Below, in pieces: positions 11,170 through 23,853 of a stretch of DNA of 43,823 nucleotides. The DNA is taken from NCBI RefSeq assembly GCF_006345805.1, contig NW_021834999.1, positions 1-43,823 on the forward strand, given 5' to 3'. The DNA is from Octopus sinensis (taxonomy: Eukaryota). The translations under genes were made by a program, and so were the position numbers. The number at the start of each line of letters is the position of its first letter. Within the stretch, counting starts at the first letter, position 1. The notes under the pieces are model-generated. The model did no database searches and was not told where the DNA came from. It was given only the letters and a program-made list of their open reading frames with translations.

Positions 11170-11499
11170 ATCGCTTATAAATTTTTATCCACTCTGTCGG
11201 CTAACTACGACACCATTGATTTGCTAATCACCGCTTTTTCTCACATCAGTGGAGGTTAAATTTGTCCAAACCTGCGATTGCTATTGGATATTTGTTACTG
11301 ATGTTGCTCAAGGAAGCAGAAATACGTTTTTAGCAAATCCCCAACATCCACTAGACATTTTTCGCCTGCTAATGATATATTTCAGTGTGTTTGTGTATGT
11401 GTGTATGCGTGTGTGTTTTACATTATATGTTTATACGTGGTAGATTGTGGAAGATTATAAATGTAGTAATGAGCTTCTACATGTTAAAATGTGTATGAT

Positions 11500-11940
11500 A
11501 GTGTTATATGGCTGACGGAATTCAATGTTCCTACATGTGACAGAATCGTTGGTTGAAGAGTTTCCCCATGTGGTAAAGTTTTATGATTGAGTTATGTTAT
11601 AGAATGTTTCTACATGTAATACAGATATGGAGTAGCGTATTTACACATGTGGCAGAGTTTTGTGGTCGAATATTTCTACTGATGACAGAGTTATTCCGGA
11701 GAATATTTTTTTACATGTGGTAGAAGAGATATGTAGCGAGTGATTCCACATGTAACCAAGAGTTATATAGAGAGTGTTTTCCGCATGTGGCAGAGTGTTA
11801 TACGGAGAGTGTTTCCACATGTCACAGAATGTTATTCGGAGGGTATTTCCACATACAGAAAAGTGTTATATGGAGAGTGTTTCCACATGTGGCAGGATGT
11901 TATACGGAGAGTGTTTCCACATGTGACCGGGTGTTGTATG
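11500..11940. repeat. Degenerate minisatellite, ~34-39-bp unit
   Basis: GTGTTTCCACATGTGGCAGAGTGTTATACGGAGA recurs roughly a dozen times, most faithfully at 11745-11930. Confidence 0.85.
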
Positions 11941-12029
11941 TTTGAGCATTTACACAAAAGTTAATATTGTCTAAAAGGGGGTAAAAAAGAAAAGAATCTA
12001 AATTTTTTCTGTATGTAGTTATTGCAGAG

Positions 12030-12225
12030 GATGTTGAGTCGGTAGAGCGTCGGACAAAGTACTTTACAGTGTTTAGTTACAAAACTTTACGTTCTGGGTT
12101 CAAACCACTCACCTACCTCAACTTTGCTTTTCAATTTTTTTTCTTGAGGGAATTATAAAACAAAGTACCGGTCAAACTTGGAGAGAAGGGTGGGGCAGAC
12201 TTAATTAACTGCATACTTCTCACTC
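12030..12225 (+). mobile_element. Old SINE related to family B
   Basis: ctttacgttctgggttcaaa...aactttgcttttca...aaagtaccggtcaa. Confidence 0.55.
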
Positions 12226-12380
12226 CCCACCCACATACAGAAAGTTTCTGGCTTTCTGCCAGTGTTAGAAAATGGTATTTGCTTTGGCAGAGAATCCTTA
12301 TTTGTATAGCAGACTTTATATCGACGCTCAATTGCAATTAAGATAGAAACTGACTACAAAGTAAAGGTGTATTATTATCA

Positions 12381-12436
<56 letters not shown>

Positions 12437-13220
12437 CATTATTATTATTATTATAGCTTTGATTTACGTGCGTTTTGGGCTTACATATCAAGAAAGAGAA
12501 AGAAAAAAGAAAACGAAAAGCTAAATATGTTGCGTTGGCATACAACATTTTAATTAGATTTCGTTTCGCCAAAAACACATTCTCGAAATTTTTTTCTAGC
12601 TTTTCTATTCCACTTGACGAAACGAAACGAAATAAAAATAAAACGAACAGAAAAAGAAATGAAAAAGAAAAGTAATTATTTCTGGTTTCGTAGACTAACT
12701 CTAAAAATAAAAGCACAAAATAAAAAATATAAATAAATTTAAAAGATAGAAAATAAAATAAAATGAAATGAAATAAAACCTATATTTTAGCAAATCTTTC
12801 GAAGAATAAATACGACTAATTTTGGTACCAAGCCAGAGTGAAACACGTTGAAGCTAACACATAGAATCGTAGAAGTTCCACCGTTGTCTCGCGTTGGCCA
12901 GAAATTATTCGTGGTGGTCAGATTGTGGAAGGATAAGAAGTCAAAATCTTGATATTTGTCGTACGTTTTTATCCTGTAGTGCCATCAAATAACTGCAGTG
13001 TTTATCTGATAATTCTCTTTTTTTTATTAGCACCGAATAAAAAAAAATAAAACAAAACAAAACAAAAAGCAGCGGTAATTCATGAGGTGCATGCAGAACT
13101 GCGAAAATTCCAGCAAAATGTATCTGTTCACTTTTAATACTCTATGGCATATTCAACGGTGAATATCTGATCGCTGTTGTTTTCCTTCAGCGGAGAACAC
13201 ATCCTCCTCCTCGTCTAGTC

Positions 13221-13451
13221 CAGTGATTCTCAACCATTTTCTGCTTATGGACCGTGTTGTTTCTTATTTTACTCTATAGGACCTCCATAGCTATTCATTG
13301 TATATATAAAAAATTACTGTATTTCTACAATCAAATGTTATTAAGAATTGTATAAAAAATAAAATATTTTGCACATTGTAGAAAAACAACCAATATAAAA
13401 TCTTATATGGACCCCCGCACGGGCCATATTTACAACGGTTGAGAACCACTT
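13221..13451. mobile_element. hAT (Charlie-like) MITE
   Basis: TIRs CAGTGATTCTCAACC / GGTTGAGAACCACTT (13/15); imperfect 8-bp TSD GTCTAGTC / CTCTAGAC fitting the NTCTAGAN preference. Confidence 0.75.
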
Positions 13452-13721
13452 CTCTAGACGATGTGTTTTCTTAACTCATGCGATTCACTGGTGTAATGGA
13501 ACATTGAGACATTATTTAAAAGGAGGAGGTGTTTTCCACTGATGAAAAACAACGCTGATCAGATATTGACGTTCGAACCGGCCAGAATGTATTACGAACG
13601 AAGAATGCTGTTCTCCTTGTACACCATGGATTATGCATTTGGAAAACATCAATATACTTCGGCAAATAATTTGATTTTGCTAGATTCATCGGTCCGGTGG
13701 TGTAGAGGGCTAGCAAAGTAG

Positions 13722-13772
13722 CTTCGATTGAGGAGACCCGCAATAAGGCCGAAACATCGCGATGTCATAAAG
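13722..13772 (+). ncRNA. Degenerate hammerhead motif, tandem unit 1
   Basis: tTGAGGA GACC-cgcaataa-GGCC GAAA CATCGCGATG TC. Palindromic stem III and GUC triplet; core C>T change and weak stem I. Confidence 0.5.
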
Positions 13773-14028
13773 TCCCCTTATTTACAGTGAATCGTGTGTA
13801 TTACGAAGCCACATCATCTAAAGGGAGGAGGTATTCTCTGATGACGAAACACAACAGTGATCAGATATTCACATCTGAATTTGTCAAAACGTAGTAAAAA
13901 TGGACAAATACGCTATTGTTTGGATTCTCGCTGTTTTGCGTGTATCCCTGCTTGGCAGATATCAGTACACATCAGTAAATAATTTGTTTGCTGATTCCTA
14001 TAAACGAGACCCTGTACACTTGTTGTTG

Positions 14029-14079
14029 CTTTGACAGAGGAGAAACACAACGAGGTCGAAAGAGTGCTGTATCTCAAAG
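14029..14079 (+). ncRNA. Degenerate hammerhead motif, tandem unit 2
   Basis: CTTTGA CaGAGGA GAAA-cacaacga-GGTC GAAA gagtgctgta TC TCAAAG. Perfect 6-bp stem I; lies 307 bp from the unit-1 motif. Confidence 0.5.
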
Positions 14080-14334
14080 TCTACTTATACTGGTAAATCA
14101 CGTGTGTTATGAACATACATCTAAAGGGCGGTGATGTTCTCCGATGACGAAAAACAACAGCTATTAAGATATTCATGATATATGATATTCATGTACGAAT
14201 CTGCCAGAACGTTCTAAGAATGAATAGATACGCTATTGTGTAGAAATAACTGTGTTGTAGCTTTAAGATGTAAGTGCAATAAGGCAGTCGAATGGTAAAA
14301 TCGTTACAACGTCGGACTAACAACTCATGGTAAC

Positions 14335-14550
14335 TGTCGAGCAAATCGACCCCAGGACTTATTCTTTGTAAGCCTAGTACTTATTCTATCGTTCTCTTTT
14401 GCCGAACCGCTAAGTTACGGGGACGCAAACACACCAGCATCGGTTGCCAAGCGATGCTGGTGGGACAAACGAGACACACAAAAATATATATATACACACA
14501 CACACACGGACACACACACACACACACATACACACACATACACACACACA

Positions 14551-14595
<45 letters not shown>

Positions 14596-14752
14596 CGACG
14601 GGCTTCTTTCAGTCTCCGTCTACCAAATCCATTCACAAGGCTTTTGTCGGCCCGAGGCTTTAGTAGAAGACACTTGCCCAAGGTACCACGCAGTGGGACT
14701 GAACCCGGAGCCATGTGGCTGGTAATCAAGCTACTTACCGCAGCCACTCCTA
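14335..14752 (-). mobile_element. SINE family A
   Basis: Reverse-complement copy with an internal (CA)n tract. Confidence 0.85.
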
Positions 14753-15219
14753 CGTATGCTAAAAACAAATTGGGCTCAGTAACTATAGAGAGGTGATATC
14801 TGCCGTAGGTGCAGTGTGAAGAGAGCTGAAGATTTCGTTTGTGAATTAAAGTGAAATACTCCGAATCTGTCTTTTCTACGGCCACTGAGAACTCTTGCCT
14901 CGCCACTCCTAGAAAATAAAAATAAAGGAAAGGAAATAAAAGTGTGTTAAAACATAATTAAAACTGTGTCAGGAAATCGACTCACCAAAGGCCTCCAGAA
15001 CCTCTCCCATACCTATCTACCTACCTACCTACTTACTTCTTTATATTGGTATATCTGTGCTGTCAAAAATGTGCAATTTAAAAAAAATAAACTAACTGGA
15101 ATTTATAGATGCATTGACATAATATGCAGTCCATATATTTGGTACAGAGTTACAACACATTCTTGGCTCTGATCTGAGTTTATTTACCCATTTACGTGAG
15201 ACTATCATAATCATATGTA

Positions 15220-15731
15220 CCGTAAATCCTCGAGTATAGTCCGCCCTTGAGTATAATACGCAGGCGATTTTTAGGGGGCTGTACCTCTGAAAATCCTAAA
15301 CCTTGTGTATAATACGCACCCCTTCTCTAACTTGAGACAAGGAAGTCTATATAATGTCCTTGGTTTGTAAAACTGTATACGGTAACGTCCTTTATTATTA
15401 TTGTATATATAACATAATGCAGACGTGTAGCTTTTTTGCGCATTTTGTATGCAGAAAATAAAGAAATAACAGTAATAATGTTTAATAAATGTTGCTTATT
15501 GAAAGTTATGGATGATTCTTTTATGACTTCATTGCTATCAGGCTTAGCTTAAGGTATTTTCGCGCCTCACATCACAAAATGTGTCTGAATAAACATTGCC
15601 GGACAGCAAACAGAGACTTGGACATTGCTTAGAAAATAATTTTCATTTTTAACCTCTTATATAGTACGCACTAGGGATTGTGACCTTTAAATTTTGGGAA
15701 AAAAATGCGGATTATACTCGAGGATTTACGG
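15220..15731. mobile_element. pogo/Tigger-like MITE (Tc1/mariner superfamily)
   Basis: 25-bp TIRs CCGTAAATCCTCGAGTATA(G/A)TCCGC (24/25 identical), TA on both sides, 512 bp, no ORF. Confidence 0.88.
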
Positions 15732-15779
15732 TATATATATATCACATGATATGATAGACGATATAAAATCTAACAATTT

Positions 15780-15909
15780 ATCTATCTGTCTGTCAATCTA
15801 TCTATCAAAATGTCTGTCTGTCTGTCTCTTTGTACCTATGTACGTATGTATGTATATGTACGTATATGTATATATGTATATGTATATATATATATACACA
15901 CACACATAG

Positions 15910-15946
<37 letters not shown>

Positions 15947-15960
15947 AATATATATATATG

Positions 15961-16010
<50 letters not shown>

Positions 16011-16053
16011 TATATATATATATATATATATATATCTATATATATATATATGC

Positions 16054-16094
<41 letters not shown>

Positions 16095-16245
16095 CATACT
16101 CACATACATACATACATACATACATAAATACATACATACGTACATACATATATATATATATATACACATACTCACACGCAACATATATATATTTATATAC
16201 ACATACACCACACACACACATATATTTATACACACACACATATCC
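15780..16245. repeat. Compound (TA)n/(CA)n/(TACA)n microsatellite
   Basis: Read directly; source of several spurious ORFs. Confidence 0.95.
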
Positions 16246-16630
16246 TTTCGTATCCTACGTTCCCCACACAGATAATCTTTTTTCCCTTTGATGTCGACTG
16301 TAGGTTTCTAGAGGAGTCTATAAAAATGAGTTTCATTCGTATTATCAATCTGTCCAAGTTGAAAATCATGCTGCATTTTCTTTTGCCTCAGAATAAAAGT
16401 GTGAAAACGAAGTTATCTTATCTTCTAAATCACATGGTAGTTTCTGAGACAACCTAGATTTCTGTCGTAGGCTAAGACCATTCCTAATCTTAGAACAGTG
16501 GTTCCATCCATCAGAAGCTTTACATGATGGATGAGGCGATGTCATGCTAGTCTTCAATCTTATCTGTAACCGATTTACGATGCGACCATTACCCTTGATC
16601 AATGAACCAGACTAACAAATCTTTCTCTTC

Positions 16631-16661
<31 letters not shown>

Positions 16662-16711
16662 CATACATACATACATACATACATACATACATACATACAT
16701 ACATACATACA

Positions 16712-16742
<31 letters not shown>

Positions 16743-16859
16743 GTATGCACACACGCCATACATATGTTTATGTATGGTGTTTTCTGTTTCTAATTAATAA
16801 AATTCTTCCTCTGAAGATGGAACTGGTTTCTAACAAAGAAAAAAGCTTCACGATTGGAA

Positions 16860-17560
16860 TTTAAATAACAAAAACAAAGTCACATTTTAAACTTGAGAAA
16901 AGTCTTGCATACTTTCACTGTTCCGCTTACAGATTGTATTTGTAACGTGCAAGTTAGTTGGTAGACTTTTCTTTTTCGAAAACTCTGCCTTATCTGGAAT
17001 GTCATTTGGGCATTTACTAAAAAAAGCCCAAATTTTACCAATTATTGGTAGAGATGTGAATTTATAATCTGGATGTAGAAACTGGAGGTTTCGAAGCAGT
17101 TCTCCATAGTTATCTTCTTTGTCTCTCATTTTCAAGAAATATTCACATCAACAGGACAGCTGACCTCTATGACGGAACATACTTTTCCTTGTCTCTCTCA
17201 AACCACTATATCCGGCCTGTTATGTTCTGATGGGAGTGTTCCATAAGTCTTCATTGTGTTCATGTTTATGTTCGTATTCAATAACAGGGTGATTCTCCAT
17301 ATTTATTCCAGGACAGACTTTTTTCCAAATGGCATTCTATATTGTTTTTGCGATAGTATCATGTCGCAAAGGGAGGTAGTACCTTGATGACATTTTTGGG
17401 CAGCTGCTAATCACATGTGTGATGTCTTCCACAGAAATATGACATAATCCCTATTTCTCGCTTGCATCATGGAGGTCCAACGGCTTCAGTGTCTCTTTTG
17501 TTGATTAGGTATTTAGTAGTAATCTCCTGTTCTTGGATTGCAAATGCAAAGTCTTTGATG
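16860..17560 (-). mobile_element. 3' fragment of a third RLE-type non-LTR retrotransposon
   Basis: EDITHVISSCPKMSSRYYLPLRHD (zinc knuckle/RHD) and DKEDNYGELLRNLQFLHPDYKF..PII (post-RLE segment); many stops. Confidence 0.75.
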
Positions 17561-17764
17561 TGTGATGAGATGTGATGTCATGTCATGTATGTATGCATGC
17601 ATATATGTATGCATATATACATGCGTGCATGTATGTATGCATGAAAATATGTATGTATGTATTAAGCATGTATGTATGTATGTATGTATGTATGTATGTA
17701 TGTATTATGTATGTATGTATGTATGTATGTATGTATGCATATATGTTTCAGAACTGTTGCTCAG

Positions 17765-17865
17765 TATGTTTGTTGAAAACAAAGCTCTAAAAACAATTGA
17801 TGCTTTCACATATTTGGGTTCTACAGTAACAAGTGATGCTTAACTCAATAAAGAGGTCCAAACAA
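17765..17865 (+). mobile_element. Small RTE-like RT fragment
   Basis: ENKALKTIDAFTYLGSTVTSDA*LNKEV resembles V..FTYLGS....LD.EI. Confidence 0.55.
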
Positions 17866-18539
17866 TATGTGGGTGTGTTTTTTTAAACACATTCATGTGC
17901 GCGCGCGCGCGCGTGTGTGTGTAAGTTTCTGTCCACCAGATTCACTCCCAAGACATTGGTCGACTGGGTGATGCACAGTAGAATTGAGCAGCAGGAAACC
18001 CTGTAGTTGCAAAGAGCGCTTATGGTTGATTATGATGAAAATGAAGCTATGATGAAGAATTTTTTTTCTTTACATTAGTAGTTGCTTTTACCACAATGTT
18101 TGACGTGGAGAAAAATTCTCACCGTTCCATAGTTGTTTCTTCACAACTTGATAACAATGTTATTGCTCGCAGGCGAGTATAACATAATAAAATGAGCCTT
18201 GCCTATTTAGTTTTTTTCGGTTTATTAAGGCTTTCTTGTTATTAAGGCCTTCTGTAAAAGATTTGCCTTCTGCAGCACTTGATGTATAGAATGTAATCTT
18301 AAAAAATACCTTTTCATGGCTAGCGAACACATGGCAGATTTATGTTAAATTTTATTTAAATCGCAATTGATGTAAAGGAGCACCGTAAGTTACAGAGTTC
18401 AAAGGACCAATTGTTGATTCACGCGATGTCTGAGAGACAGAGTGACAAGTGTTTGTCCGTAACTCGGCGCAGAACAAACATAGCAAGGGACTTCCGCCTT
18501 CCCTTTTCTTTGCCTTCTTCGCCGAGTTTTCGCGTTTCA

Positions 18540-18579
<40 letters not shown>

Positions 18580-18682
18580 TACATAAGATTAACTAAACAA
18601 CTATGTATAGACGTTATAACGCTTTAGTTTCTGTTTTTGATTTGTAGCTTCATTTTTTATTAGAAAAACTACACCGTTTTTG

Positions 18683-18830
18683 AAGGTACGTGGCCTGGTG
18701 GTTTGGGGCTGCTGGGATCAGTATCGTTAAATCGTAGGTTCGATTTTTGACCAGCTGGCAAGTCGTGCTATTGAACACACCACTCTGTTTCACCTTGCTC
18801 CAGTCCATTCTGTTCTGGGTTACATTACTT
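18683..18830 (+). mobile_element. Old SINE, family C-like
   Basis: GTGGCCTGGTGGTT...GGTTCGATT...TTTCACCTTGCTCCAGTCCA. Confidence 0.55.
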
Positions 18831-19115
18831 CTGTAACATCATCCATCATAAGTTATTCATTTATTTCTAAGCATTAAACCGTTTCAGATGTACCAAATAT
18901 AATAGACCACACAATACTTACTACAGCACAAGGATGTTTATTTACTTTCTAAACGGCAAAACTACACTCTGCCGATAGGCCAAGAGTCACATTTGACAAA
19001 CTACATTCATATGCGCTGAAATTTTTCTTGGTGTCAGTTTATTTACTATTTTCAGATTAGCCAGAGGCAAATCAATTTTATTAATGTTTCTCCGGTACAA
19101 TATAGCAAGCGAGCT

Positions 19116-19318
19116 AAGGCGGCGTGCTGGCAGAAGTGTTAGCGCGCCGGGCGAAATGTTTAGCGATATTTCGTCTGAGTTCAAATTTCGCCGAGGTCAA
19201 CCCTGCCTTTCATCCATTCGGGGTCTATAAATTAAGTACTAGTTGTGCACTGGGGTCGATCTAATCGACTGGTCCCCTCCCACAAAATTTCGAGCCTTGT
19301 GCAGAGTAAAAAAGAATA
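19116..19318 (+). mobile_element. SINE family B
   Basis: Homology to 6675-6895. Confidence 0.82.
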
Positions 19319-19489
19319 TAGCAAACGGGCTTGCTAGTTTATCCGCTGAAGAGACATCCGTTACATGATAATACATTATATATGAGTTCATTCATTATAT
19401 TAGACTATATACCTCCATATATAGACTAATATAGGTCCGAGGCCTTTGTACGTCTTGAGGTGCTATCGGTGTGTTTACGTCCCCGTAAC

Positions 19490-19980
19490 GGCCAAAGAGG
19501 ACTGCAGTACAGGAGATGTTTGAACTTGGCCTCCTTCAACTTCACGATGGTAGCCGCTGCAGTCGGCAGAGGTACTCCAGATGAGATTGGTCCTCCCACT
19601 GGATTTTATTCAAGGCCTTGGTAACATTAGAAATCGCCTGGGCGTATACCGTCAGGAAGCCGATATCAGAATCATTGAAGGTCTGCAGCTTCAGCGGTGT
19701 CATCACCCTGTGGACAACTCCCCTATTCTCTTCCAGCGAGTTGTTGAGGACAGCAACAGAGTCATAAGTTGAGTTCCATCTGATACTGTTTGGGACCACC
19801 AGTCTCCTCTTCAACGCGTCCAGAATGCTGTCTGCTACCACCGTGCGGCAGCTCTGCAGATTCCACAACCGCTGTGTCTTGGACATGGTCTTCCTGTAAG
19901 CCGACTTGAACGAAGCGCTGTCAAAAGCCTTGTCGGCATTCACGCTTATTACCAAGCTGAAGGTATGGGCTGCACAAAAT
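19490..19980 (-). pseudogene. hAT transposase fragment
   Basis: CAAHTFSL and IRWNSTYDS match the hAT CxAHxLxL and TRWNSTY motifs; followed by FL..Y......V.KAL..IQ.E; frameshifted near 19545; no TIRs seen. Confidence 0.85.
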
Positions 19981-20099
19981 AAAAACCAACAAATATTAAC
20001 GAAAAACGGTGATGTCATTGTTGAAATATCTTCGATAGTGTGTCCGTTCGTTAACACATGACCTGGGTTTAAATAACAATAACAGTTAATAATCATGAA

Positions 20100-20368
20100 C
20101 TGGTACTCCGTCGGTTACCCGTGAAATTAACGTTCAAGTGGTTGAGTATTCCATAGACACTTGTAACTCTTAACCTGATTGTAGGATGACTCAGCCTGGT
20201 ACAGCATGTGACAAGATTGGCCTTTTTGAATTACAGGGGCAATTCGCTTTTGCCAGCTGAACGGACTTGGATAAAGTGTGTTGCTCAAGGACTCGGCGCG
20301 CCGACGGGTATCGAACTGAAGATATTACGACTGAGAGACGAATACACTAACCACTGAGCCACGCTCCT
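20100..20368 (-). mobile_element. SINE family C
   Basis: GGAGCGTGGCTCAGTGGTTAG...GTTCGATACCC; 3' ACGTTAATTTCACG...AACCGACGGAGT shared with 6175-6500. Confidence 0.75.
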
Positions 20369-20374
20369 TTATAC

Positions 20375-20668
20375 AAGCACGCACACGCACACACACACGC
20401 ACACACGCGTGCACACACACACGCACACACGCGTGCACACACACACACGCACACACGCGTGCACACACACACGCACACACACGCACACACACACACACGC
20501 ACACACGCGTGCACACACACACACGCACACACGCGTGCACACACACACGCACACACACGCACACACACACACACGCACACACGCGCGCACACACACACGC
20601 ACGCACACACAAACACACACACGCGCGCACGCACGCACACACACACACCACACACACACACACACACA
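20375..20668. repeat. (CA)n/(CG) alternating purine-pyrimidine tract with a recurring ACACGCGTGCACAC unit
   Basis: Read directly. Confidence 0.95.
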
Positions 20669-21509
20669 GTGATCTGTTGTAATTTGTTACCTTTGTAATT
20701 TGTTATCTTTGTGTAGCTATTGTGTCAGCCTTAATTAAAAAGATCTATGAGTATAATCATTCCAGCCATGACCATTCCGTCAGTTTTCAAATATAACATC
20801 CGCATCATTACAACATTTATCGCCTTCTTTTGCCATTTTCATTTTAAATAGAAAAATGTAATTTGAAGAGAATTTAGTTACTGTTTCTAGGAAGTCGATT
20901 GTCCTGGCACTTTAGAGGGCTTTTAAGGCATTCCTTGTTCCATCCGCGAAAAGACCAACACACACAAAAAAGAAATAGTCGTTCAAAAAAAGTTGTCTCA
21001 GAATTGCTATGAAGTGCATTTCTTGGCGAAGGGAACCAACTTCTACTTTTGATTTGAAAATAGTTATCTCCCTTCACCAACCAACGTTGTATATCAGCAA
21101 CAGAAGCAGTAGTAATACCGCAAACTACTATTCATCCCCACTTACTATAGAAGTTTGGTATGTGGATGTACTGCAAGTCATTCTGCTTGCGAGGCTAACC
21201 ACTCTGCTAGCAACGAGGCTTACAGGCTTTGCAAGTTCAAGGGAAATAAATCTAATAGTCTATTCAGAGTTATTTCCCTTAGACTTTAACTTTGGTTCCA
21301 TATTCTTTTTGAAATAAAATGAAGATTACACAAAAATTAAAATATAAAATCATTTAAAAAATTGTAACTCCAGAAGAAGAAATGGCTCCGTAATTATCTT
21401 AGTTCCAGAATAATTCAATCCATAAATTCTGAGGATTATTCTTGATATCTATCTTTTTCCTCTTGCATGTTTAGAATTTGTCAAGACAAATTTTCCAATT
21501 TAGACGAAA

Positions 21510-21840
21510 AATTGTTTTGGGGAGCGCTTAATCGATGTCGTCGATCCCAATACTTGACTGATGTTGTACTTTATCCACCCCGGAGGGATGAAAGGCAAAA
21601 GTTGCTTTGGTGGGATTTGAACATAGAAGATATGTCAGAAATAATCGATTCCCAGCGGGGGAGAGTCATTGGTATTCTTTTCAATATGGAATATGGAATA
21701 GGAAGGATCTCTGTTTATGCTTTAAATGAGAGTCACGTGCACATCCATAAATCGATAAATTAATAACCAGCTGCATACTGAGGGGCGATCTAAAAATTTC
21801 CCCCATAATTTCGGGCCTTGTGCCTCGAGTAGAAAAGAGT
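21510..21840. mobile_element. Two partial SINE family B pieces in opposite orientations
   Basis: Minus piece about 21510-21620; plus piece about 21770-21840. Confidence 0.6.
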
Positions 21841-21977
21841 ATATGCGTAGCTCTCACTAAATGCGTTGAACACCTTTTTTCTTTCGTTTGTCCGCTCACT
21901 TGTACACACACACACACGCACATATAAATGTATTTTTATATATTTATCTATCTGTTTGTCTGTCTTTCGGCCTACCA

Positions 21978-22093
<116 letters not shown>

Positions 22094-22515
22094 GTCTGTC
22101 TGTCTGTCTGTCTGTCTTAATCATGCATTATCTCATAGTACATTATTTACATTCGACGGATATTTCTCCTCATCTTGTTTGTTGTTCGGCTGATATACTT
22201 TTCAGCCTGAATCAGGTGTCTTGGGGAAATTTCGAACCTGGGTTCTCAAGGGAATAAATATCCATCAAATGTAAATAATATACATATTTCCTCATCTCTT
22301 AAATAAAGTACTGTCTTATCTCGTAGCTTGGAGATTTCGATGACATGGTTGTTAATTTGGTACTTGTTGTAATCTCACCCTCATTAAAAAAATCTTCCCC
22401 GTTTAATGAAAAAATATCGGTTCGTTTGGTCATCTCCTCCAACTAAAAACATGTTTAATCTTTAATAAAACAAATAAAACAAAAAAAAATGAAAAAATTA
22501 ATAAACATTAATAAA

Positions 22516-22623
22516 TTACTAGCTACGGCGGTACATGTTCTAAAATTGGAACGATACAGAGTAGATTAGCATGGCCCCTGCACGAGGATGACACGCAAAT
22601 TCGTGAAGCGTTCCATATATTTT
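22516..22623 (+). pseudogene. U6: U6 snRNA copy, probably a retro-pseudogene
   Basis: CTAAAATTGGAACGATACAGAGTAGATTAGCATGGCCCCTGCACGAGGATGACACGCAAATTCGTGAAGCGTTCCATAT matches U6 over essentially its full length. ACAGAGA box reads ACAGAGT, ISL loop is altered, and no obvious upstream TATA/PSE is visible. Confidence 0.9.
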
Positions 22624-22844
22624 ATAGGTGCAGGAGTGGCTGTGTGGTAAGTAGCTTGCTTACCAACCACATGGTTCTACGTTCAGTCCCACTGCGTGAC
22701 ACCTTAGGGAACTATCTTCTATTATAGCCTCGAGCCGACCAAAGCCTAGTGAGTGGATTTGGTAGACGGAAACTGAAAGAAGCCTGTCGTATATATGTGT
22801 ATATATATATATATATGTGTTTATATATATATGTATATATATAT

Positions 22845-22875
<31 letters not shown>

Positions 22876-23103
22876 GCGTGCGTGTATATATGTTTGTGTG
22901 TCTGTGTTTGTCCCCCCAACATCGCTCGACAACCGATGCTGGTGTGTTTGCGTCCCCGTAACTTAGCGGTTCGGCAAAAGTGACCGATAGAATAAGTACT
23001 AGGCTTACAAAGAATAAGTCCTGGGGTCGATTTGCCCGACTAAAGGCGGTGCTCCAGCATGGCCGCAGTCAAATGACTGAAACAAGTAAAAGAGTAAAAG
23101 AGC
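22624..23103 (+). mobile_element. SINE family A, directly downstream of U6
   Basis: Full length, ATAGGTGCAGGAGTGGCTGTGTGG ... GAAACAAGTAAAAGAGTAAAAGAG. Confidence 0.88.
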
Positions 23104-23821
23104 AAAGATGACAGCTGAAAGAATCCAACTGAATCTGATAACATTTTTATAACAAATCATTCCTGTTGAGGACGCCAAATGTCAACCACGCATTGAAGCA
23201 TTGAATCAAAAGGACCTAACCCTTTTCATCTAATCTCTTCTCGCCACATAAAGTAATTTTTTTTTGTGAGGAGATAACCTAATTTTTTAATGGCAATTTT
23301 TTAAAGAGGTTGAGATGACCAAAAAGTACCGTAAATTTTTAGAATGACATTGTAGGTTAGGTGTGATATACTGGATCTGGCCAGTTTGAATGCACAACAA
23401 ATAGAATATTTTGACCGGATATGGTCTGTTTAAATGCTAAAGTGTAAGGGGAAATTTGGCTGCTGTTTTTAGCCTGGTTGCAAAGAAGCCACTGCGTAGG
23501 GAGAGAAGCGTCTTTGGTGGCGGCATTGAGGGGGGGGGGGTAGTTGCAGTTCTCACTACTTCCGTGAGTTATCTTCTTTATCCCCACCACCACACTTTCC
23601 TCGTACAGTCTCTGTCTTTCTCTCTCATACGCACACACACGCGCGTGCACATTATTACGCACACACACACATACAAACAAACACTTAGATAGACACATAC
23701 GCGCACACGCACATACAGAGACAGACAGACAAACACACATGCAAACACATACGCACAAACACCCGCAGACAGGTAGACAATCATATATACACACTCATAC
23801 ATTTTCACACGCAAACACACT

Positions 23822-23853
<32 letters not shown>

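Larger units (their letters stand above)
13090..14260. repeat. Degenerate ~307-bp tandem array (about 2.5 direct units) plus an inverted partial unit
   Basis: The motif tctaaagggaggagg...ctgatga(cg)aaa.acaac..tgatcagatattc recurs near 13520, 13815 and 14120. Its reverse complement lies at about 13090-13490, split by a hAT MITE. Confidence 0.75.

Noticed and set aside
13849-13880. CTGATGACGAAACACAACAGTGATC (and counterparts near 13538 and 14141) as hammerheads
   Set aside because: No stem II and A15.1 has no U partner; the better-supported motif in these units lies elsewhere (13722, 14029).
11500-14260. CRISPR-like arrays in the 34-39-bp and 307-bp repeats
   Set aside because: No unique spacers between identical repeats, no cas genes, eukaryotic context.
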